Origin: an uncultured Poribacteria bacterium
GTDB taxonomy: Bacteria > Poribacteria > WGA-4E > WGA-3G
NCBI GenBank assembly: GCA_958296135.2
Contig: CATQHZ020000001.1
Coordinates: 1,024,001 to 1,088,000, forward strand
Direction of reading: 5' to 3'
DNA length: 64,000 nucleotides
A model generated the notes under the pieces. The model was not told the origin of the DNA and made no database searches. It saw only the letters and a program-made list of their open reading frames with translations. Numbering within the stretch: the first letter of the stretch is position 1; every line of letters starts with the position of its first letter. Below are positions 9,913 to 18,963 of the stretch, in pieces. The position numbers were made by a program, and so were the translations under genes.

Positions 9913-10908
9913 ATGGACGACTGGACTGTTTTTGGCTGGGCAGGCACACAGTTGGAAATCCCGAAGGAGTGGGAGCTGAGCGGGCTCAGTGGCGATGAGA
10001 AGACCGGCTATCTTCGGCTTGACGATGCTGATATGCCGCGTCTAGAACTTAAATGGGCGCATACGCGGAAGAAAAAACCGGACCTGCATGCAACGCTTGA
10101 CGAATACTTTAAGTTAATCCGCAAGAGTTACAAAAAAGGTCCGGACCTTTCCTTCCGCCGGAATGTCACTCTTATCAAGGAACCCGCATTCTTTAAGGGG
10201 CGCAACGTCATCGGGTTTAGTTGGAAAGGGGGTGTCCGCGCGAATGGGCTCATTTTGCACGCAGGCAAACGGATTACCATCGTCCAAGTCATGGGCCGGT
10301 TGAAAGAGAATTGGCGGCCCACGGTGCTCCGCGTTTTCCGCTCGATTTCGACACCGGGCGATGCGCCGAATACGTTGTGGAGTGCATACGGCCTCGCGCT
10401 TGCTGTGCCAAGCGAATACAAATTGGAGCGGCAGAAACTGCTGAGCGGCTATCTGCTGTTTGCCTTTGTTGCGAAACGGTCGCGCCTGCGGCACTTGATT
10501 CCTGCGGCAAAAGGCGTGCCTATCCTCGCTGAGCGACAGCGGCTCAGCGTTGAACGTTATGGCCCTGCGGAAGTCATGCTCGGTGATTTCAAAGCGGCGT
10601 TGAACCCGTTAGAGGCGTGGTTTCGTGCAAAATACGCCAAGGCAATCCGCGGCTACGGATTTGAGGTAACCTCTTACACCGATGCCCACGATGAACATCT
10701 CACGCTCATCGGGCAGCAGACGCGGCTCTACGATGGTGTGCCGTTCTCGCCGGTGCTAGCCCTTGACAAATTGTCGAAACGGGCAACGCTCGCGTTTCAC
10801 TTGTGGCGATGCCATTATTCTAATCGCATCTACGTCATCCAATCTGTCGGCGGTGTGGATGCTGAAGGCACGGTGCGGCAGGTGGCAGCGAGTATTCAGT
10901 GCCATTAA
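9913..10908 (+). CDS. Hypothetical protein
   Basis: 331-aa ORF with AGGA RBS, co-oriented within the operon; no recognised motif. Confidence 0.75.
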   Translation: MDDWTVFGWAGTQLEIPKEWELSGLSGDEKTGYLRLDDADMPRLELKWAHTRKKKPDLHATLDEYFKLIRKSYKKGPDLSFRRNVTLIKEPAFFKGRNVIGFSWKGGVRANGLILHAGKRITIVQVMGRLKENWRPTVLRVFRSISTPGDAPNTLWSAYGLALAVPSEYKLERQKLLSGYLLFAFVAKRSRLRHLIPAAKGVPILAERQRLSVERYGPAEVMLGDFKAALNPLEAWFRAKYAKAIRGYGFEVTSYTDAHDEHLTLIGQQTRLYDGVPFSPVLALDKLSKRATLAFHLWRCHYSNRIYVIQSVGGVDAEGTVRQVAASIQCH

Positions 10909-10994
10909 CCTTATTAACCTTATTTTCCGGCCGGTAGGCGCGGTTTCACGTTCCACCAAGTGGGGCTCGGTGCGGCACCTATGGATACGAAAGA

Positions 10995-11462
10995 ATGCTA
11001 AACAAACTCCTATACACCCTCAAACTGAAGAAACGGCCTGACATGGATCGTGGGCGCATTATGAAGTCGTTCCCCGTTCGGAACCAGCTCATCACGTGGG
11101 AAGTTGATGACAAGGGTGAGGCATCCCTCGTTGTTCCACAGAAGGGCAAGTTGTGGGTGCGGCTTGCCAGCAAGTTTTTCATGCTCCCGACTAAGCGCGT
11201 CATCGTGCTGGATGCGATGGGCACCTTTGTCTGGCAGATGTGCGATGGCAAACATACGATTGCGCAGATTATCAAGGGTATCCAAAAACAGCACCAGTTA
11301 ACCCGAAAAGAAGCGGAGACCTCGCTCTTTACGTTCATGCAGCAGCTCGGCAAGCGGAACTTCATCGGCTTCGCGATTCCGACAGACAACAGGCCGAACG
11401 CACCGGCAAAGCATGAACCGGAGCCTCAGCGGCGTTTTGGATTTCTACCCAAGCGCCGGTAA
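10995..11462 (+). CDS. PqqD-family / RiPP recognition element-like protein
   Basis: LDAMGTFVWQMCDGKHTIAQII...EAETSLFTFMQQLGKRNFI matches the PqqD winged-helix pattern. Confidence 0.8.
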   Translation: MLNKLLYTLKLKKRPDMDRGRIMKSFPVRNQLITWEVDDKGEASLVVPQKGKLWVRLASKFFMLPTKRVIVLDAMGTFVWQMCDGKHTIAQIIKGIQKQHQLTRKEAETSLFTFMQQLGKRNFIGFAIPTDNRPNAPAKHEPEPQRRFGFLPKRR

Positions 11463-11566
11463 GTTATTGCCGTTTTCGGGTTTTCCCTCGTGCTACGGTT
11501 CATGGGTAGTTTTCGTAGGGTGGGGCCTGTGCCCCGCCATGTTTCAATCAAGGAAGGATAGAAATA

Positions 11567-12376
11567 ATGAACGTGCAAGAAATCGGCGATGTGCAACCAA
11601 TCCCGGTCGAAATGCCGGAACGGCTTCAGCGCATCCTCCCAAAAGAGAATACCGTGCGCGTCCGGAACCTCATCAAACGGTATGAAATGGGCTCGACTAC
11701 CGTGGACGCGCTGCGCGGTGTCAATTTCCAAATCCAACGCGGCGAATACATCTCGATTATGGGCCCTTCGGGCTCTGGGAAGTCGACGCTTTTCAACATG
11801 ATTGGCGGCTTGGATAAACCCACCGAGGGCAGAGTCTACATTGACGAAGTGGACATCGCGCAGCTCGATGCGTATGAGCTCGCGTGGCTCCGCTGCCGAA
11901 AAATCGGCTATATCTTTCAATCGTTCAACCTTATCCCTGTCATGACGGCCCTGGAGAACGTCTCACTTCCGATGATTTTCGCTGGCACGAGTGCCGATGA
12001 GAGTCGGGAGCAAGGCGTGTCCCTGCTCTCCCTCGTTGGATTGGGAGACCGGGTGCAGCACAAGCCGTTAGAACTTTCCGGCGGACAGCAGCAGCGTGTC
12101 GCTATTGCGCGTTCGCTCGCGAATGACCCGGCCATTGTCCTCGCTGACGAACCGACGGGGAACTTGGATACCAAAACCGGGTTGGAGATTATCGCGTTGC
12201 TGCGTCGTCTCAACGCGGAGAACGGTGTGACGATTATCACTGCAACGCATGACCACAAGATGTTAGATGTCTCCGACCGGATTTTCCACATGGCAGATGG
12301 CAAGGTGGATAAGATAGAGTCTCGCGACGAGATCGACCTGCACGTCGGCAGATTAGATGGTGAAGAAGTCGGATAA
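11567..12376 (+). CDS. ABC ATP-binding protein, LolD/MacB type
   Basis: Walker A GPSGSGKST, LSGGQQQRVAIAR, LADEPTGNLD. Confidence 0.95.
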   Translation: MNVQEIGDVQPIPVEMPERLQRILPKENTVRVRNLIKRYEMGSTTVDALRGVNFQIQRGEYISIMGPSGSGKSTLFNMIGGLDKPTEGRVYIDEVDIAQLDAYELAWLRCRKIGYIFQSFNLIPVMTALENVSLPMIFAGTSADESREQGVSLLSLVGLGDRVQHKPLELSGGQQQRVAIARSLANDPAIVLADEPTGNLDTKTGLEIIALLRRLNAENGVTIITATHDHKMLDVSDRIFHMADGKVDKIESRDEIDLHVGRLDGEEVG

Positions 12377-12452
12377 TTCTATGGAATTGTAAGGGCGTAT
12401 TTCGTAGCCATCGTCAGAAAAACCCGTTTAGTGCCTATTCGCCCAACAAATC

Positions 12453-13565
12453 ATGAACATTTACGAAAAACTCGGCATTCGCACGATTATCAACGGCAAT
12501 GCGACGTTGACGCGCCTCGGCGGCTCCATCATGCCCCCGGAGGTTGTCGCGGCGATGGTAGCGGCATCGAAGCACTTCGTTGACATCGTCGCGCTCCAAA
12601 GACGGGTGGGAGAAGAGCTCGCGCGATTGACGCACAACGAGGCGGCGTATGTCTCGTGCGGTGCTGCGGCGGCGTTGACGCTCAGCACGGCGGCGTGCAT
12701 CACCGGACTTGATGCCGCCAAGCGCGAAAAATGTCCCAACCTAGCTGATTCGATGAAAAGCGAAGTCATTGTCCATAGATACGGGCGCGTCGGCTACGAT
12801 TTCGCTGTGCGGCAGGTAGGGGTGACGTTCGTGGAAATCGGCGATGAGAACGGCACCTCTCCGGACGAGTTAGAGGCGGCGATTACCGACAAAACCGCCG
12901 CGTTCTTCTATTTTGCGAATCCGAGCCGCGAGCATCTCTGGGTGCCTTATGAAGCTGGCATTGCCATTGCCAAGCGGCACGGCGTGCCTGTCATCGTTGA
13001 TGCCGCCGCGCAGCTGCCTCCGAGAGAGAACCTGTGGCGGTTTACACAGATGGGTGCTGATGTGGTGATGTTTAGCGGCGGGAAAGGGTTGTGCGGCCCG
13101 CAGAGTAGCGGTTTAATTGTGGGCACCCAACAGATGATTGACGCAATTGCCTTCAACGGCCCGCCGCATCCCTTCATCGGCAGAGGGATGAAGGTGGGCA
13201 AGGAAGAGATAGTCGGCTTGCTCGCCGCTGTGAAGTGGTATCTGAAGCACGCCGAGACGTTCCAGCAAACCTACGAGGAGCAGGTTGTCTACTTCGCGCA
13301 AGAGTTCGCGAACGTCTGTGGGGTTGAGGTGCATCGCAGTTTTCCCTCTGAAGCGGGACAGCCGATGCCGCGCACAGAAATCTGTTTTGATGAAAATCGG
13401 TTGGGCATCACACGCGATGAGATTCTTCGACAACTCGCGGCGGGTGAGCCTTCTATTGACATCGCGGGTGCAGGCACAAACGGCGTGCTGATTAACGGAC
13501 AGACGCTGATGCCGGGTGAAGTGGCAATTATCGCGCGCAGATTAAAGGACATTTTGAAAACATGA
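12453..13565 (+). CDS. SelA-like / DgaE-family PLP-dependent enzyme
   Basis: IINGNATLTRLGGS, VIVDAAAQ, FSGGKGLCGPQSSG (PLP lysine), IGRGMKVGKEEI. Confidence 0.85.
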   Translation: MNIYEKLGIRTIINGNATLTRLGGSIMPPEVVAAMVAASKHFVDIVALQRRVGEELARLTHNEAAYVSCGAAAALTLSTAACITGLDAAKREKCPNLADSMKSEVIVHRYGRVGYDFAVRQVGVTFVEIGDENGTSPDELEAAITDKTAAFFYFANPSREHLWVPYEAGIAIAKRHGVPVIVDAAAQLPPRENLWRFTQMGADVVMFSGGKGLCGPQSSGLIVGTQQMIDAIAFNGPPHPFIGRGMKVGKEEIVGLLAAVKWYLKHAETFQQTYEEQVVYFAQEFANVCGVEVHRSFPSEAGQPMPRTEICFDENRLGITRDEILRQLAAGEPSIDIAGAGTNGVLINGQTLMPGEVAIIARRLKDILKT

Positions 13566-14272
13566 GACTAAATAACGGCATTCAACTCACATGGCTGGGG
13601 CATTCTACCTTTAAAATTGAAGCTGATGGACAAACTCTCCTCATCGATCCGTGGGTAATGAGCAACCCGGTATGTCCCGATGGGCTCAAAACCTTTGACA
13701 AAATCGATTTAATGCTGATAACGCACGGCCACGCGGACCACGTTAGCGACGCGGTTGTTCTGGCGAAAGAGCATGCTCCGACGGTTGTCTCTATCGTTGA
13801 GATTGCCGGATGGCTTGGCAGGAAAGGGGTTGAAAACACCATCGGCATGAATAAGGGCGGCACCGTCACCGTTGGCGGTGTGAGAGCGACGATGGTAACA
13901 GCAAATCATAGCAGTAGTTTCACGGAAGAAGATGGCACGACAGTCTATCTCGGTGAACCCGCGGGTTACGTGCTGGAGTTCGCGAACGGCTATAAAATTT
14001 ACCACGCCGGGGATACGAACGTCTTTGGCGATATGCGTATCATCGGTGAAATTTACCAACCAGAGCTTGCGCTGTTGCCCATCGGAGAGCACTTTACGAT
14101 GGGGCCGCGGGAAGCGGCTTACGCGACGCGATTGCTCAACGTCCCTGCAGTCGTGCCGATTCACTACGGAACGTTCCCGCTGTTGACTGGCACGCCGGCA
14201 GAACTGCGCAAATTGACAGCATCTCAAGATGTAGAAATCGTTGCGTTGGAGGTTGGGGAGACATTGGATTAA
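13562..14272 (+). CDS. MBL-fold metal-dependent hydrolase (UPF0173-like)
   Basis: WLGHS, THGHADH, YHAGDT, PIHYGTF; ATGA overlap with the upstream gene. Confidence 0.9.
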   Translation: MRLNNGIQLTWLGHSTFKIEADGQTLLIDPWVMSNPVCPDGLKTFDKIDLMLITHGHADHVSDAVVLAKEHAPTVVSIVEIAGWLGRKGVENTIGMNKGGTVTVGGVRATMVTANHSSSFTEEDGTTVYLGEPAGYVLEFANGYKIYHAGDTNVFGDMRIIGEIYQPELALLPIGEHFTMGPREAAYATRLLNVPAVVPIHYGTFPLLTGTPAELRKLTASQDVEIVALEVGETLD

Positions 14273-14276
14273 CGGG

Positions 14277-15050
14277 TTATTGGAGCAGCCGCCGGACCTG
14301 CGCGCCAATATCGGGACTACGCATCAACGCCTCGCCTACCAACATTGCATGGACACCTGCTGCGCGTAGACTGGCAACGTTCTCGCGTGTATGGATGCCG
14401 CTTTCACTGACGATGCTCTTGTCTTCAGGGATTTCCTTGCGTAAACGGAACGTTGTCTCAATGTCGGTGTGGAATGTGCGCAAATCTCGGTTGTTAATGC
14501 CGATGATGTGTGCGTCTGCGTCTAAAGCCATTGCTAATTCTTCCTGCGTATGCACCTCGACGAGGCATGCCAGGGACAACGCTTCCGCGATGTCTATGAA
14601 TTCGCGCAACTGCCTCGGTGTCAACGCCGCCACGATGAGTAGGATGGCATCCGCGCCTGCTGCGCGCGCCTGATAGATGTGATACGCATCCAGCGTGAAA
14701 TCTTTCCGGAGTAGGGGCACGTCAACGGCTTGACGAATGGCGGCCAGATATCCGAGTTCTCCGGCGAAAAAGTGGCTGTCGGTTAGCACGGAGATGGCGG
14801 ATGCGCCGTTTTCAGCGTAGGTTTGGGCAATCTCCACCGGGTGGAAATCCTTGCGGATGATACCCTTGCTCGGCGATTTTTTCTTCACCTCTGCGATGAG
14901 ATTCACCGCGCTGGGCACCGAAATGGCGGTGCGGAAGTCGCGCGGTGGCGGTATGTCTGCGATGGCTGCCTTTAATGCCGTCAGTGGCACTTGTGCCTGT
15001 TCCGCCTTCAGTTCTTCGCGTTTATGTTGGATAATCGTGTCTAATATCAA
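14277..15050 (-). CDS. trpC: Indole-3-glycerol phosphate synthase
   Basis: IAEVKKKSPSKG, LRKDF, GINNRDL, VSESGI. Confidence 0.95.
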   Translation of the reverse strand: MILDTIIQHKREELKAEQAQVPLTALKAAIADIPPPRDFRTAISVPSAVNLIAEVKKKSPSKGIIRKDFHPVEIAQTYAENGASAISVLTDSHFFAGELGYLAAIRQAVDVPLLRKDFTLDAYHIYQARAAGADAILLIVAALTPRQLREFIDIAEALSLACLVEVHTQEELAMALDADAHIIGINNRDLRTFHTDIETTFRLRKEIPEDKSIVSESGIHTRENVASLRAAGVHAMLVGEALMRSPDIGAQVRRLLQ

Positions 15051-15092
15051 AGCGTTTCCCTATCTCATGCGCACCGGGGTGCATTCTGATTT

Positions 15093-15127
15093 TACCGGTA
15101 GGCGCGGTTTGCCACCGTGCCTATGGT
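15093..15127. repeat. REP-like palindrome, GTAGGCGCGG..CCGCGCCTAC family
   Basis: accggtaggcgcggtttgccaccgtgcctatggt; overlaps the trpD stop codon. Confidence 0.8.
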
Positions 15128-16137
15128 GATTGATTGGAGACTGCCTTCAATCCTTCCAATTTGGCGAGTGCCTTTCCTGAGTCAATAGATTCCGTTGCGA
15201 GTGCTATTCCGGCTTCGAGGCTTTCGGCTTTCCCGCCGGCGACAATCGCCGCGGCGGCATTCAAGACGACAATATTGCGCCGCGCGCCCTTTTCTCCGTT
15301 CAAGATATTTTGGGTTATCTCGGCGTTTTCCTCTGGCGCGCCGCCGACGAGAGAGGCCGCGTTTGCGCGCGGAATGCCGAACTTGGTGGGCTCAAGGGTG
15401 TAAGTTTTCACGGTGCCATTGACGAGTTCTGATACCTGTGTCGTTGTTGTCGTTGTGATTTCGTCGAGGCCGTCGTTACCGTGTACGACGAAGGCGTGTT
15501 GGCTTCCGAGGTTGTTAAGCACGTTTCCGTGTGTCTCGGTGAGTTCTGGAGAATAAACGCCGAGGACTTGCGCTTGTGCGCCCGCCGGGTTGGTAAGCGG
15601 TCCGATTGCATTGAAAATCGTGCGGATGCCGATTTCTCGGCGCGGTCCGATTGCATATTTCATTGCGCCGTGCAGCAGTGGTGCGAAAAGGAATCCGATG
15701 CTGACTTCGTCGATGCACCGTCCGGCGTGTTCTGCACTAATCTCAATATTCACGCCGAGTGCAGTGAGAACGTTTGCGCTGCCGCTTTGGCGGGTTACGC
15801 CTCGGTTGCCGTGCTTGGCGACAGGCACGCCTGCGCCTGCGACGACAAAGGCGGAAGTGGTTGAGATGTTGAACGAGTGCAGTCCGGTGCCGCCTGTGCT
15901 ACAGGTATCCACGACGAGTGGGTGTTTTGTTGGGACGGGTGTGGCTTTGGCCCGCATGACGCGCGCGGCGCCAGTAATCTCGGCGATGGTTTCGCCTTTC
16001 AACCTAAGCGCTGTCAGCAGACAGGCGATTTGTGCATCTGTCGCCTGGCCTTCCATGATAGTGTTCATGGCATGGCTCATCTCTGCTTCGGTGAGTGAAT
16101 GTCCAGCGATGACTTTTTGAATTGCTTCGCGTATCAC
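15121..16137 (-). CDS. trpD: Anthranilate phosphoribosyltransferase
   Basis: VDTCSTGG, FNIST, KHGNR, GPLTNP, DGLDE; AAGGAGG RBS before GTG 16137. Confidence 0.95.
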   Translation of the reverse strand: MIREAIQKVIAGHSLTEAEMSHAMNTIMEGQATDAQIACLLTALRLKGETIAEITGAARVMRAKATPVPTKHPLVVDTCSTGGTGLHSFNISTTSAFVVAGAGVPVAKHGNRGVTRQSGSANVLTALGVNIEISAEHAGRCIDEVSIGFLFAPLLHGAMKYAIGPRREIGIRTIFNAIGPLTNPAGAQAQVLGVYSPELTETHGNVLNNLGSQHAFVVHGNDGLDEITTTTTTQVSELVNGTVKTYTLEPTKFGIPRANAASLVGGAPEENAEITQNILNGEKGARRNIVVLNAAAAIVAGGKAESLEAGIALATESIDSGKALAKLEGLKAVSNQSP

Positions 16138-16227
16138 GTAACGTTTCCTCCTTGGGAGAATGCATCGCGCCTGTCCAGTTGGTTTCACTTATGAAGATGT
16201 GACAGACGTGAGAGTGGTGCTGCCGCT

Positions 16228-16542
16228 TTAGGCAGTCTCGTTTTCGTTTTGTCCTAAAGTCTGGATAACCGCCTCTAAGTTGGGTGCATGGAGAGCGGTG
16301 CGACGCAGCCGCTTGAGGTGTTGCAAATCCGCGACTGCCTCAAACATGGCTTTTAACGCCTGCGGTGCTCGCAATTGGAACCGCGCTTCAAGGACATCCA
16401 TAAGTGCCTCAAGCGCATCTTCACGGGCTCTCCGCGCGATACCGATTTCAAGTCCTTCTTGGAATCCTTGTTGGAATCCCTTTTGGCGTGCGGCTTCCTC
16501 AGTTTCCCCGCTAAGCAATTGATAAACGGGTGATTTTTTCAT
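16228..16542 (-). CDS. Stand-alone copy of the Rpn C-terminal module (RpnS-like)
   Basis: MKKSPVYQLLSGETEEAARQ is identical to an internal segment of 16603..17610; GGAGG RBS duplicated with it. Confidence 0.75.
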   Translation of the reverse strand: MKKSPVYQLLSGETEEAARQKGFQQGFQEGLEIGIARRAREDALEALMDVLEARFQLRAPQALKAMFEAVADLQHLKRLRRTALHAPNLEAVIQTLGQNENETA

Positions 16543-16602
16543 GAGTTCCTCCGAAATAATTGAGATAACAGTCTCCGGGGGGCCGAACGGCTCTGTGCCG
16601 CT

Positions 16603-16929
16603 TTAGCTAGTTTCGGTTCGATTCTGTGTTAGCGTCTGGATGACTGCATCCAGGTCTGGTGCCTGTATCGCGGTGTCAAGCACCTGCTTGAGATGTTGCA
16701 CATCGGTGACTGCCTCAAACACGGGCTTTAGTGCCTGTGCTTCTTGCAGTTGGAACCGCACTTCCAAGACACGCATGAGCGTATCAATGGTAGTTTCACG
16801 GGCACCCTGGATTATACCGATTTCAATCCCCTCTTGGCGTCCTTGTTGGAGTCCTTGTTGGAGTCCGTTTTGGCGTGCGGCTTCCTCGGTTTCCCCGCTG
16901 AGCAATTGATAAACGGGTGATTTTTTCAT
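16603..16929 (-). CDS. Predicted in-frame internal small protein (RpnS-like, 108 aa)
   Basis: GGAGGAACTC-ATG inside the Rpn gene; the same start was retained in the tandem copy. Confidence 0.6.
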   Translation of the reverse strand: MKKSPVYQLLSGETEEAARQNGLQQGLQQGRQEGIEIGIIQGARETTIDTLMRVLEVRFQLQEAQALKPVFEAVTDVQHLKQVLDTAIQAPDLDAVIQTLTQNRTETS

Positions 16930-17610
16930 GAGTTCCTCCGAAATAATTGAGATAACAGTCTCCGGGGGAAGGATGAGACTTCCGAGGGCCCCCGTTGACA
17001 TCAGTAAATTGTCGATGAGGGATGCGTCAAGTTCTAGCTGCTGTGTGACATCCACGCATTGCTGTAACCACGCCGCTGCATCCATCCCTATCGGTGGTTT
17101 CATCAACGGCACAAACGGCATCAACCCGGGCAGCTGCGCTTCAAGAATCGGTTCGCCCGCTAGTTCGTAAAGCCGCACCACGTTGTATTGGACGATGAAC
17201 AGCGAGCCTGGTGCCTTTTGGAGATATACGCCCGGGTCCCGGCGGCCGGCAGGCTCCCGTAAATAAATGACATACGAGATAATCGGAAGTCCAAAGCGTT
17301 CATGAACTCTTCCAAGGTATCCCGCGTTCCTACGTTCCACAGGGATCGGATGGCTGTCTCCTGTCTGATACTCGCGATGTATCAGCGTGGGCTCTCCTCT
17401 GAGCAGAATCTTTGTCAAACTATCCATGAGGCGCACATCGACGGTAGGCAGTTCGCTCTCAAGTTGTTGCACGAATTCAAAATCGGCGGTGCCGAGGAGC
17501 ATCTGCAACATATCATTCGGGAATGCTTGCGCTGCATGCTTCGCGGCGATATCCGCCCGGTTTTTAGGCGTGTTTGTCACGTCAAATATGTGTTCAGTTT
17601 GATTTTCCAT
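16603..17610 (-). CDS. Rpn-like (recombination-promoting nuclease / putative transposase-like) protein
   Basis: ESELPTVDVRLMDSL...HREYQT PD-(D/E)XK-like core, YNVVRLYE, GLQQGLQQGRQEG C-terminal repeats. Confidence 0.75.
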   Translation of the reverse strand: MENQTEHIFDVTNTPKNRADIAAKHAAQAFPNDMLQMLLGTADFEFVQQLESELPTVDVRLMDSLTKILLRGEPTLIHREYQTGDSHPIPVERRNAGYLGRVHERFGLPIISYVIYLREPAGRRDPGVYLQKAPGSLFIVQYNVVRLYELAGEPILEAQLPGLMPFVPLMKPPIGMDAAAWLQQCVDVTQQLELDASLIDNLLMSTGALGSLILPPETVISIISEELMKKSPVYQLLSGETEEAARQNGLQQGLQQGRQEGIEIGIIQGARETTIDTLMRVLEVRFQLQEAQALKPVFEAVTDVQHLKQVLDTAIQAPDLDAVIQTLTQNRTETS

Positions 17611-17617
17611 GTTACCT

Positions 17618-17647
17618 ATTATACACCGGGGGCGCGACAGATTTCAA
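17618..17647 (-). promoter_or_regulatory. Sigma70-type promoter, probable leaderless mRNA for the Rpn-like gene
   Basis: TTGAAA-18-TATAAT, then 7 nt to ATG 17610; no RBS. Confidence 0.6.
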
Positions 17648-17775
17648 GTGCCATGCCGGATTGCGATACGATATGCGATAGACTGTGGCATGGCGAGGGG
17701 GAACCCTCGGCGATTAGTCATCGCCGGGGCCCTCGCCCTACGGTTGGTTTGTGGGGTTCGCCCCAAATCGGCGCG

Positions 17776-18795
17776 CTATTTGAGAAGCGAATAAATGAAA
17801 GACGCGATAGCGATGCAGCACGAGCCGATGATCCCGCCAATCTTTAGCCGTTCTTTTGTCTCAGAACGCCGGTCCTGCATATTCTCAAGGAAGGCATCAA
17901 ACTTAGTCTCCTGCTTATCGAGTTTGCCGGAGAGTTTGAGATCTACTGCGTGCAAGTCGCCTTCCAACTTGGTGACTCCCACCCGTATTTTGTGCCTGTC
18001 GTCTTTGGCTTTCTCCAGCGTCATCCGGATGTCCTTCGCGTCGTATTCAATGTTACTGATGCGAGCGTCCGTCGCGGTATCGCGCTCCTTCTGCCGAGCC
18101 TCGGTGTTTTTCAACCAAGCCATGAATTCGGTATCGCGCTGTTTCTGCCGTGCCTCTTGTGCGGCATCGCGTTTGTCTTGGCGTGCCTCGACGCTTTGCA
18201 TCCAAGCGGTTTGCGCGGCATCGCGTTCGTTCTGCCGAGTTTCAAAGCCTTGCATCCAGGCTTGCATTTCGGCAGCGTGCGCCGCCTGCCATTCGTTCTG
18301 CTGAACCTCGACGCTTTGCATCCAAGCGGTTTGCGCGGTATCGCGTTCGTCTTGTCGCGCTTCTATGCCCTGCATCCAAGCGGTTTGTGCGGCATCGCGT
18401 TCGTCTTGGCGTGCCTCGACGCTTTGCATCCAAGCGGTTTGCGCGGTATCGCGTTCGTCTTGTCGCGCTTCAAAGCCTTGCATCCAGGCTTGCATTTCGG
18501 TCTGGCGTTCCTGCTGCCAAGCGTCGCGTGCGGCGTTATGCTCTTTCACCCACGCTTGGAATTCGGCTTCACGTGCCTGTTGCCAAGCGGCTTGTGCAGC
18601 CTCGCGCTCTCGCTGTTGCGCCTCGATGTTTTGCATCCAGCCCCTGAGTTCAGTATCGCGCGCCTGCTGCTCCGCTGCGCGTGCGGCATCGCGCGCCTGC
18701 TGCTCCGCTGCGCGTGCAGCCTCACGCTCCTGCCGCTGAATCTCCATCTCTTCAAGCTTTTGCAAGATGAGTTCGTTTCCACTATTCATGTTCAT
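17776..18795 (-). CDS. Repetitive coiled-coil protein with C-terminal TM anchor
   Basis: ~20-aa AQTAWMQSVEARQDERD repeats; hydrophobic C-terminus; AGGAGG RBS. Confidence 0.8.
   Translation of the reverse strand: MNMNSGNELILQKLEEMEIQRQEREAARAAEQQARDAARAAEQQARDTELRGWMQNIEAQQREREAAQAAWQQAREAEFQAWVKEHNAARDAWQQERQTEMQAWMQGFEARQDERDTAQTAWMQSVEARQDERDAAQTAWMQGIEARQDERDTAQTAWMQSVEVQQNEWQAAHAAEMQAWMQGFETRQNERDAAQTAWMQSVEARQDKRDAAQEARQKQRDTEFMAWLKNTEARQKERDTATDARISNIEYDAKDIRMTLEKAKDDRHKIRVGVTKLEGDLHAVDLKLSGKLDKQETKFDAFLENMQDRRSETKERLKIGGIIGSCCIAIASFIYSLLK
18140..18500 (-). repeat. ~60-bp coding tandem repeats
   Basis: gcatccaagcggtttgcgcgg.atcgcgttcgt repeated about five times. Confidence 0.85.
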
Positions 18796-18822
18796 AACCT
18801 CCTATTAATTTGTATGAAAATA

Positions 18823-18851
18823 ATTATACACTAAATTTTAACAGATGTCAA
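18823..18851 (-). promoter_or_regulatory. Consensus sigma70 promoter
   Basis: TTGACA-17-TATAAT upstream of ATG 18795. Confidence 0.8.
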
Positions 18852-18963
18852 GGTATTTTTTGTTTTCATGGAATCCGGTAAGTCCACGGTTCTGCCAAAG
18901 TGAAACGGGTTCACGAGGGACAGGTTTTCCCTCGCTCGCGCTACGGTTCGGTGGCGGGTTGCG

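Noticed and set aside
10995-11462. PQQ or classical RiPP biosynthetic cluster
   Set aside because: No pqqBCE, radical SAM, YcaO, lasso cyclase or clear precursor gene nearby
12453-13565. True selA linked to the selenoprotein
   Set aside because: 370 aa with DgaE-like motifs, shorter than typical SelA; no selB/selC/selD adjacent; 30 kb from the UGA gene
16603-17610. IS transposase
   Set aside because: No terminal inverted repeats, target duplication or DDE motif; Rpn-like proteins are not established transposases
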